Below are positions 9,301-15,720 of a stretch of DNA of 28,550 bases, piece after piece; positions within the stretch are counted from its first letter, which is position 1, and the number at the start of each line of letters is the position of its first letter. The translations under genes and the position numbers were made by a program. Below the pieces are notes generated by a model, which was not told the origin of the DNA, did no database searches, and saw only the letters and a program-made list of their open reading frames with translations. This DNA comes from an uncultured Gammaproteobacteria bacterium (lineage in GTDB: Bacteria; Patescibacteriota; Patescibacteriia; UBA9934): NCBI GenBank assembly GCA_964415145.1, contig CAYPYH010000002.1:1-28550 (forward strand). The letters run 5' to 3'.

Positions 9301-10892
9301 CAGTCGAGGTAGGGGACGATACGGCAGATTTAAGTTATGTAGACGAAAATGCATTGGTATTAAATGGGGGATCTATTGTGGACATGAGTGCTAATGTGGC
9401 AGTTATTACACTTCCTGCTTTAGGGTCAATGAGTTCACTGGGGGGACATACGGATATTCGTATTCACACGAGTATTCCTGCGCTTGCTGAGGTAACTCCA
9501 ATTGGTACATATACATTAAATGCAAACCCGACATATGTATTTAGTACAGACGAAGAGGGAAGTATTGTATATGGGGGAGATTGTTCGAGCACTACTGCCT
9601 ATGCAGCTGTGGGGAATAATTCTATTCAATTTAATGCACTTACCGAAGGAGCACATACAAATTGTACGATTACGGTCACGGATTATGCGGGAAATATAAG
9701 TGCGACGCTTGCTATTTCTTCATTTGAAATCAATATTACCGAGCCGGCGATGGTTCAGGTAATTCCTGCGGCACATGGTATTACTCGCGAATCTAGTCGA
9801 TCGGTTTATATTCTCTTTTCAGAGCCAATGGATCCAACTACATTTGCTATTGCAGACGATAATTCTAATTTATACGAAGCGCCGGTATGGAGCGATGATT
9901 ATCGTTCGGTTACGATTGCGCATGCAAAATGGACTGCGGCACTCATTGCAGTGAGTGTGGACGCAGAAAATACATTTGGTGTGAGCTTGAGCGCTCCTGC
10001 GGCATGGTCTTTTACCTTGGAAGGTGCTCGTAGTAATCAGCTTTCGAGCACTTGCGCATTTCAGTCACTTAGTAGTCCATGGCAGCAAAATAATTCTTTG
10101 GAATTTGCGTGGATTGCAGACGCACCCGAAATGAACCATACGGATCTTTTATACTCGCTAGATAATCGCGCTACATGGACCACAATGGCGTCCGTACCCA
10201 ATCCTGCACGTGCCTTTGTTTGGAATCTGTATGGACTTTTTCCAGAAGGAACCAATATTTATATACAAATGTTCTGTGGCGCGGAGGATGGTTCGGTTCT
10301 TGGAGGTGATGAAGAATTATTTATTGTTCCAGGAGAGGATGGTGCGTTGATAGAATCTCCTGGTGAAGATCAGTCTAGCGAGGGTCAACCTGTGGAACCG
10401 GAAGTGCTAAGTCCATTTGTATTTAACCCCGAAGAAGAGCGGCGCGGAGTTTTGGATATCAATGAAGATAAATCATCAGTAGAGGGTGTGCGCGCAAGTG
10501 GCTGCGGGGGTGCGAACTTAATCAAAAGCTCTACCGAGCCAACCATTTACTTCTGTGGTCGAGACGGACTACGTCACCCATTTCCAGACGTCAACACATA
10601 TCGTGGGTGGTATAGAAATTTCCTTCGTATACGTGTGGTGGATAGCGATGTGCTGAATGGTATTCGACTTGGTTCAAACGTGACCCATAGACCCGGAGTG
10701 TATTTGGTAAAATTCCCTTTGAGTGAAAAGGTATATGCGGTGTCTAAAGGGGGCGTATTGCACTGGGTGACCACAGAGGAAATGGCGACTCAATTGTACG
10801 GAGAGAAATGGAACTCTTTCGTGGTAGATATAGACCAAGTACTGTACTCGAATTACAAGATAGGAGAACCGATTAGTTCTGACGCGCCATAA
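6378..10892 (+). CDS. Large secreted Ig-like repeat surface protein/adhesin with a shared C-terminal domain
   Basis: Signal/TM ending AHA. Three SGSGT..L.F.YTV..GD..DLDY repeats, two TD.AGN repeats, and an SbsA/Big_5-like FSEPMD domain. TATAAT at 6354-6359 supports ATG 6378 rather than 6273. Confidence 0.85.
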   Translation: MQLTLQTWGQKVLMGCILAGALALGFMWWSGSAHAAFIQSATGTKTSNQATPASVSATLATSPVAGQLLIAMVGANGNATITGPAGWSTAINQSGTPSQAIFYKIAAGTELTVTSTVNANPGSIGIQVFVYSGNTTSFAEVSSATGTSAAPNGGSVTTTDANELVFSAFTLNTNVTTANTSWNDGGEGFAERADVQTGGAAARRAGYTSGDNLTNSAGSHGVTTATSASSTWRGQTVRFRTKTSVADVTSSLENGTYGAGQVVPIQITFSRAVTVNTIGGTPELGLNNGAHPRYSSGSGTNTLTFNYTIGSGGDIVDLDYAAIDALSLARGTILDDVNSAAVLTLPVPSMVGSLGFNKDIAIHTGTPTFSLQYYADSDLTVSLGDHPHLAVGTYYIAVIADEVLEGAPTISIHAAGTENDVTDGATVLVYGNTYRYARTVVYDAAANGEVASEVHITGTDAAGNESINAHPSNMTTVVAYIDTVAPAAPVIESISSNNYVSATEKSNIIVTGTAEADSLVSVTLSDGTNSRTQTQQLSGGSTIFSVGIDGLLATPAALEDGTLTPSVTATDIATNVSLADTAPVAIQDSIAPSLGSVSIASNNVNPAYAKAGDIVTLTFTSSEDLSTPSVTFNGAPVSVSGSGTSWTASRTMTLADAEGAMSVSISYNDLAQNPGAPITNTMDGSSVTFEMTPPILSEISPVATPANDSTPQYTFSSSEAGAITYGGSCMSAASSAFVGPNIITFNELADGVYLDCTVRVTDLAGNISAVLNVSSFTVDTSAAAVLDIHSENTDGVYHESDIITIHVEFDETVYASGAPFIALNASGSAVATYFNGSGTDFLIFHYTVALGDVVADLDYTSTTALSLNGGAITDAAGSPANTVFPAIGAPGSLGQNSTIEIDASIPDTNAPVVTSVSSMNADGLYGVEDTVTVIVQFDEVVEVTGTPQLNLAIGGGRYVDYVSGSGSGSLLFTFTVEVGDDTADLSYVDENALVLNGGSIVDMSANVAVITLPALGSMSSLGGHTDIRIHTSIPALAEVTPIGTYTLNANPTYVFSTDEEGSIVYGGDCSSTTAYAAVGNNSIQFNALTEGAHTNCTITVTDYAGNISATLAISSFEINITEPAMVQVIPAAHGITRESSRSVYILFSEPMDPTTFAIADDNSNLYEAPVWSDDYRSVTIAHAKWTAALIAVSVDAENTFGVSLSAPAAWSFTLEGARSNQLSSTCAFQSLSSPWQQNNSLEFAWIADAPEMNHTDLLYSLDNRATWTTMASVPNPARAFVWNLYGLFPEGTNIYIQMFCGAEDGSVLGGDEELFIVPGEDGALIESPGEDQSSEGQPVEPEVLSPFVFNPEEERRGVLDINEDKSSVEGVRASGCGGANLIKSSTEPTIYFCGRDGLRHPFPDVNTYRGWYRNFLRIRVVDSDVLNGIRLGSNVTHRPGVYLVKFPLSEKVYAVSKGGVLHWVTTEEMATQLYGEKWNSFVVDIDQVLYSNYKIGEPISSDAP

Positions 10893-12168
10893 AATCCACC
10901 ACGGCCTGGTCTAAGATAGCATCTTTCTTTTGGAGGGGCTTGAGTAGGACCAGGCCTTTGAGTGTTGTGCAGCGACTTAATGCTACATAGAGTTGACCAT
11001 GTGCAAAGGCGCCCCAGCCCATGTCGACCAAGACGCGGTCGAATGTTTTTCCTTGAGCTTTGTGAATGGTGACGGCCCATGCGAGCGTAATTGGATACTG
11101 TGTATACGAACCCATGACATGTTGTACGAGATTTCCGGCCGAGTCTTGAAAATATTGAAACAGTTCCCATTTGTATTGTTGTACCGAAACCACTTTGCCG
11201 TCTTCAAGTTCAATATCGAGCGTAGGGATTTTTGAAAGTCCTTTTGTGTGAATGCGTGTCACGGTCCCGAGTGTTCCGTTCACCCAGCGCTTTTCGGCGT
11301 CATTAATCGTAAACATAATGCGCGCACCTTCTTTAATAGAAATGAGTGCTTCGGACGGCATACGACGGTCGGGTAATTCGCCCGACGCATATGCTTTTAG
11401 CTTCCATGCTTTTCCAGAGAGGCGGCGTAATTCATTGTCATTGCGCTGTTGGGCGATTTTATTCGTTGTGGTCAGATGAATAAAATCGGGCTCTTCGCGC
11501 GGATCAAAGTACGGGTCGTGGCGTTCATTCCATGCGTCGATTGAGTCCTGGGTGAGTGTGCGCGTGCGTACTTTTTCTAAAAGATCTACAAAAGCTTTTT
11601 CTTTTTGACGGTGTACTGTTTTTAATTCAATCATGCGCATGCCGATATGTTGCATGACGTTCGCTGAAAAGAAATACGGAGAAGAAAATTCGGTCGTAAA
11701 GCGATCCGTTTCTTCGCTTGTTACAATAGGAGGAAGTTGGAAGAGGTCGCCAATAAAGATCATTTGTACGCCTCCAAATGGGTCATGTGGGCGTCCGCGG
11801 TTTAAGCGAAGTGCGCGGTCTACACAGTCCAATAAATCCGCGCGCACCATTGAAATTTCATCAATCACAATTGTTTCAATCGCCTTGAACATAGGGATCG
11901 AGTCGGCAGAGGCTTTACGCACCATGCTTTCGTGAATAGATGGGTGAAACCCAAAAAAGGAGTGAATGGTTTGTCCGCGTACATTTAAAGCGGCAACTCC
12001 GGTGGGAGCTAATACGACATGTCGCTTTTTTGTTTTCTCTCGGAAGTATTGAAAAAGGGTCGATTTTCCTGTTCCTGCGCGCCCAGTGATAAATATATTA
12101 TTGTCCGTTTCGTTCATGGCCGTGAATGCGTCTTTGAATTCCTTTCCAATCTTAATTTCTTGTTTCAT
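10873..12168 (-). CDS. PIF1/RecD-like SF1B DNA helicase
   Basis: Walker A ITGRAGTGKST, APTGVAA, TIHSFF, IDEISMV, GDLFQLPP, NGTLG and QYPITLAWAVTIHKAQGKTFD..GQLYVALSR. Likely start MKQEIKIGK at 12168, with TACAAT 10 nt upstream. Confidence 0.92.
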   Translation of the reverse strand: MKQEIKIGKEFKDAFTAMNETDNNIFITGRAGTGKSTLFQYFREKTKKRHVVLAPTGVAALNVRGQTIHSFFGFHPSIHESMVRKASADSIPMFKAIETIVIDEISMVRADLLDCVDRALRLNRGRPHDPFGGVQMIFIGDLFQLPPIVTSEETDRFTTEFSSPYFFSANVMQHIGMRMIELKTVHRQKEKAFVDLLEKVRTRTLTQDSIDAWNERHDPYFDPREEPDFIHLTTTNKIAQQRNDNELRRLSGKAWKLKAYASGELPDRRMPSEALISIKEGARIMFTINDAEKRWVNGTLGTVTRIHTKGLSKIPTLDIELEDGKVVSVQQYKWELFQYFQDSAGNLVQHVMGSYTQYPITLAWAVTIHKAQGKTFDRVLVDMGWGAFAHGQLYVALSRCTTLKGLVLLKPLQKKDAILDQAVVDFMARQN

Positions 12169-12264
12169 ACCGATGGCTATTGTATCAGACTTTGCGATAA
12201 TGACTGACCTGTGACGGCTTGACAGATGGGGTATTTTGAGGTATCGGTATGAATAGGAGCGATC

Positions 12265-12912
12265 ATGAACAGACTTCAGTTCTTTACAGGGATTCCGGCG
12301 ATGCCTCAGTGGCAGCGCCAACGGATTCATTGGGCATACGACGATGCCAAGAAATGGCACGCGGATCAGATGCGCGACGGAGGCGAGCGGTACTTCGAGC
12401 ATGTGCGTCGGGCAGCTCAGGTTCTGATCGACCTGGGGTATGTCGGGTACGAACTGATCGTTGTGCTGATCCTGCACGATCTGCTCGAAGATACCAACTA
12501 TGCGCCGTCGAAGCTGGAGCAGACCTTTGGTCCCGAGATCGCGCGCAAGGTCCTGACCCTGTCCAAGACCTACGGATTGGAAGACCCGCTTACGGGATTC
12601 CTGGTACGACTTCCGAAGCGTTCCAAGGGAGACTACTTCGAGGGCATCCGTGGTGGTGGTAGGGATGTCGTGCTCGCCAAAGGGGCGGATCGTTACGACA
12701 ACCTGACCGATCTGATCGATCCGCCCGAAGGGTCCGAGTGGTACTCCTCGCACCGTAGAGCGAAGAAAGTGGAAGAGACGCGCGAATGGATCATTCCCCT
12801 GGTCGGACAGCATGACCAGCGCTTAGCTCAGATGCTGCGCCATCGCTGTGATCTGATCGGGGCGAGAGTCGGAATGACCATCGAATTGACTTCGGACACG
12901 AATCCCGATTAG
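12265..12912 (+). CDS. Stand-alone RelA/SpoT-type HD domain protein (small alarmone hydrolase/Mesh1-like), GC-rich
   Basis: AKKWH..QMRDGGERYFEHV, ILHDLLEDT, V..LSK and KGADRYDNL motifs. AGGAG at 12255-12259. Confidence 0.8.
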   Translation: MNRLQFFTGIPAMPQWQRQRIHWAYDDAKKWHADQMRDGGERYFEHVRRAAQVLIDLGYVGYELIVVLILHDLLEDTNYAPSKLEQTFGPEIARKVLTLSKTYGLEDPLTGFLVRLPKRSKGDYFEGIRGGGRDVVLAKGADRYDNLTDLIDPPEGSEWYSSHRRAKKVEETREWIIPLVGQHDQRLAQMLRHRCDLIGARVGMTIELTSDTNPD

Positions 12913-12959
12913 CGCCTTGTTCTGCATCACATTCTTACCGGGCATCTGCTCGGTTCTTT

Positions 12960-13400
12960 TTATTCTAATCGAAGCGCTTTTGCGGGCGCAGCTATTGCCT
13001 GCGGATTTGTTTTCCACGCGTCAGAGATATCCGCATATAGTTCTAGCTCATTTTCGTCTGGATCAAGAATGTAAATCCCGTGGGTGATTGTGTGGTCCGT
13101 TGCACCAAGAATACGCACTCCTTTTTCGACAAGTTCCTTATAGACATCGCGTAATGCTTGCGCGCCATCACCAATTTTAAATCCTATATGGTAGAGTCCT
13201 GGTTCTGGGTGATGTACTTCGCGCAAAGATCCACCTATTTCAATAAGTAGTAATTCATGATGTGTTCTGCCAGAAGAAAACATAGCGCCACCACGAAAAT
13301 CAGCAACTTGCGTAAAGCCAAGTACGTCGCGATAAAATGCGGCAGAAATTTCTACACTTCTTACGTACAGTACGATATGTCCCAGTTCTTTAATTTGCAT
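12960..13400 (-). CDS. VOC/glyoxalase family protein (catechol dioxygenase-like)
   Basis: LGHIVLYV..SAAFYRDVLGF, HHELLL, GLYHIGF, IYILDPDENELELY. ATG 13400 is preferred. Confidence 0.88.
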   Translation of the reverse strand: MQIKELGHIVLYVRSVEISAAFYRDVLGFTQVADFRGGAMFSSGRTHHELLLIEIGGSLREVHHPEPGLYHIGFKIGDGAQALRDVYKELVEKGVRILGATDHTITHGIYILDPDENELELYADISDAWKTNPQAIAAPAKALRLE

Positions 13401-13797
13401 AGAGATTAATACAGTCATTCCATTGCTGTGTTGTGACCGGCTGCACAGAGAGGCGTGAGTTTTTTATAAGAACCATGTCTGCGAGCGCCTTAATTTTTTT
13501 AATGTCTTGAAGCGAAACCGGATTTTTGAGCGCTTTTACCGGTACAATGTCTACCGTGCTCCAATCGCCGTCCGTGGCTGTTGGATCTGTATAAGATTCT
13601 TTCGCAATTTTTACAATCCCTTGAATCGCTTTTTCTTTTCCTGAGTAATAGAAAAAAGCTAAATCACCTTTCTTCATGTTACGTAGATTATTGCGTGCTT
13701 GAAAATTGCGCACGCCGGTCCAAGACGTTTGTGTATCTTTCAAAAGGTCTTCCCAACTATACGTGCCTGGTTCTGTTTTTATAAGCCAATACTGCAT
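13390..13797 (-). CDS. EVE domain protein
   Basis: YWLIKTEP..YSWEDL...WTGVRNFQARNNLR.MKKGDLAFFY..RLSVQPV. Confidence 0.93.
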   Translation of the reverse strand: MQYWLIKTEPGTYSWEDLLKDTQTSWTGVRNFQARNNLRNMKKGDLAFFYYSGKEKAIQGIVKIAKESYTDPTATDGDWSTVDIVPVKALKNPVSLQDIKKIKALADMVLIKNSRLSVQPVTTQQWNDCINLYAN

Positions 13798-13809
13798 AGC
13801 GTAAGATGT

Positions 13810-14166
13810 CTACTTTAGGAAATAGCTAATGATTAATACTTCAACAAGAATCACAAGAGCGAGTCCAAATTGAAAAGAAGTTTTAGATGTTTTGTGATGA
13901 AGGAGATACATGGACAAGAGCGCGCCACCCGCACCACCTGCAAATGCAGCTAGGTAGAGTATGTATTCTGGAATGCGTCGCTCCTGTTGAATAGCGAGCA
14001 TTTTGTCGACGCCGTACAAGATAAATGTAGAGCCGTTCAAGCTTGCGATTAAAAGTAGTTGCCAGGGTGTTTCAAATTTCCACACGAGGAATCCAAATGA
14101 ACAGATAATAAGTACTGCCCAAAGAATCAGTGCGCGTGTATAAACAGAAAGTGGCTTACGACGCAT
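13810..14166 (-). CDS. DUF1294 family membrane protein
   Basis: FILYGVDK..A....RRIPE..L..AAFAGGA.GALL.M....HKT.K..F. Confidence 0.88.
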   Translation of the reverse strand: MRRKPLSVYTRALILWAVLIICSFGFLVWKFETPWQLLLIASLNGSTFILYGVDKMLAIQQERRIPEYILYLAAFAGGAGGALLSMYLLHHKTSKTSFQFGLALVILVEVLIISYFLK

Positions 14167-14175
14167 AAGGATTTA

Positions 14176-14748
14176 TTATCTTCGAGCCAAGGCGTCGTCA
14201 ATCGCTCTTAGGATTTCGCTACGGTGTTCTTTCATGGTGATTGAATGGGGAATGAATGTTGCAAAATCGTAGGTAGAGCTGAGTTTCTGCATAAGAGACG
14301 CAACTTTATTGTTTGAAAGTTTATCTACTTTGTTTACGATGATGATAAGTGGAATTCCAAGGGAACGTAAGAATTCAAACATTTCTATATCGAGTTCTCC
14401 TGGTCCGACCATGGCGTCAATGATTACCAAAACAAGAGATAGTTGTTCGGTGCTAGAAATATAGTCAGTAATAAGATCGGCGAATTGGCCACGTTTTGCT
14501 TTAATGCGCGTAAATCCGTATCCTGGAAGATCAACCATGTAGTACTTGTGGTCGATATCATATAAATTCACGGTTTCCGTTCTCCCGGCTTTTGAACTGG
14601 TATGCGCGAGATTTTTCTTGCCCGTCAGGTGATTTACAAGAGATGATTTTCCAACATTAGAACGACCAATAATCGCCACATGTGGGCGGCCATTATTGGG
14701 GAGTTCCTCAAGACGTGTAGTGCTTTGGATGAATTCTGCAGATTTCAT
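14176..14748 (-). CDS. engB: Ribosome biogenesis GTPase YihA/YsxC (EngB)
   Basis: G1 GRSNVGKSSLVN, GRT, VDLPGYG, NKVDK. Confidence 0.95.
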   Translation of the reverse strand: MKSAEFIQSTTRLEELPNNGRPHVAIIGRSNVGKSSLVNHLTGKKNLAHTSSKAGRTETVNLYDIDHKYYMVDLPGYGFTRIKAKRGQFADLITDYISSTEQLSLVLVIIDAMVGPGELDIEMFEFLRSLGIPLIIIVNKVDKLSNNKVASLMQKLSSTYDFATFIPHSITMKEHRSEILRAIDDALARR

Positions 14749-14782
14749 AAATTGGATTTGGCTTTAGGTTAGCATGGTTTGT

Positions 14783-14815
14783 AAAAAAAGTCCCCAGCAC
14801 GCATGGGTGTGGGGA
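14783..14815 (-). terminator. Intrinsic terminator of the NT5C gene
   Basis: TCCCCA-g-CAC-loop-GTG-TGGGGA stem (14791-14815) with an A7 run at 14783-14789, which is a U-tail on the minus strand. Confidence 0.65.
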
Positions 14816-14828
14816 GGTAATCACTAAG

Positions 14829-15431
14829 CTATTGCTCGAGGAGGGGAATGACCACGCGCTTCCAGTCCCTCCAGTTGTTCATGCGGTCTTGGAAGGAGTC
14901 GGCAGCGGCCTGGTTCCATTCGTGCATGAAGAGCACCTGGCTCCACCGAGGCTCGAGGCCCTTGGGGGCCTTCGCGGCATGCGGATTGTCGTCGATCAGC
15001 ACATCACCGTCGACTCGGAACTTCTCGCTCGCGATGATCGTGCGGTTGAGCCAGCTTTTCCCAAGGTTCCATTCCACCCACTGGAGCTTCTCGCTCGCAC
15101 AGGTGGGGCTCTTGTGCAGAGGCGCGGTCAAAAGCGCAACGTCGTATCCGCGCTTGAGCATGCCTTCCAGTGCGCTGAGTGCACCCGGGATTATGGGAAG
15201 ATTGGCGAAGAACCCAGGGCCACAGGTGAGCGCCTGAACTTGATCGGCCACTGCGTCGCCATGAGCGACACGGTAAGACTCGACAATGCTCCAAGACTCC
15301 ATCTGACTCATTGGCAAGTGGAGCTCTGGAGGGAGGACTTCCAGGGTGCGCGCATAGAATGCTCGCTTGTAGTTTGCAAGAACATCGTCCATGTCGACCA
15401 GGATTCGGCGAGGGGATCTTTGAGGACTCAT
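14829..15431 (-). CDS. 5'(3')-deoxyribonucleotidase, NT5C/HAD family, GC-rich
   Basis: ILVDMDDVLA (DxD), GFFANLPIIPGA, ASEK..WV...LG, DVLIDDNP, and W...LF...WN. GGAG 6 nt upstream. Confidence 0.88.
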   Translation of the reverse strand: MSPQRSPRRILVDMDDVLANYKRAFYARTLEVLPPELHLPMSQMESWSIVESYRVAHGDAVADQVQALTCGPGFFANLPIIPGALSALEGMLKRGYDVALLTAPLHKSPTCASEKLQWVEWNLGKSWLNRTIIASEKFRVDGDVLIDDNPHAAKAPKGLEPRWSQVLFMHEWNQAAADSFQDRMNNWRDWKRVVIPLLEQ

Positions 15432-15524
15432 GAGTTACTCCGGGGGAAAGGGAAGACTCGCATGTAAGCAATATTCTTGGATTATGTCAATCCCTCAGCT
15501 CTCGTTTAATAATCTTGCCAATAT

Positions 15525-15555
15525 AAAATACCCAGTCGCAATGACTGGATATTTT
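15525..15555 (-). terminator. Terminator downstream of tRNA-Trp
   Basis: Minus strand AAATATCCAGTC-ATTGC-GACTGGGTATTT. The single non-Watson-Crick pair is G-U on this strand. Confidence 0.6.
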
Positions 15556-15556
15556 A

Positions 15557-15630
15557 TGGCAGGGGCGGCCAGAATCGAACTGACAACATAGGTTTTGGAG
15601 ACCCGTGTGATACCACTTCACCACGCCCCT
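15557..15630 (-). tRNA. trnW: tRNA-Trp (anticodon CCA), CCA end encoded
   Basis: Cloverleaf AGGGGCG/CGCCCCT, D-stem GTGA/TCAC, loop CTCCAAA, T-arm GTCAG-TTCGATT-CTGGC, and G-CCA end; 74 nt. Confidence 0.96.
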
Positions 15631-15651
15631 ATGCGTGTAATTTGTGCCGAT

Positions 15652-15680
15652 AATGTACCACTTAAAAAGAAAGGGGTCAA
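15652..15680 (-). promoter_or_regulatory. Sigma70 promoter of tRNA-Trp
   Basis: TTGACC(15680-15675)-N17-TACATT(15657-15652). Confidence 0.6.
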
Positions 15681-15720
15681 TATGTTATAATCACATAGCG
15701 TTACAGCGCCATTTTGTATT

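Noticed and set aside
12169-12813. 215-aa N-terminal extension of the helicase ORF (646-aa track call)
   Set aside because: It is antisense to the well-supported HD gene, helicase homology starts at MKQEIK, and a -10 precedes 12168. This is a GC-rich shadow frame.
14832-15467. 211-aa plus-strand ORF and nested ORFs
   Set aside because: Antisense shadows of the NT5C gene, which has the motifs, SD and terminator.
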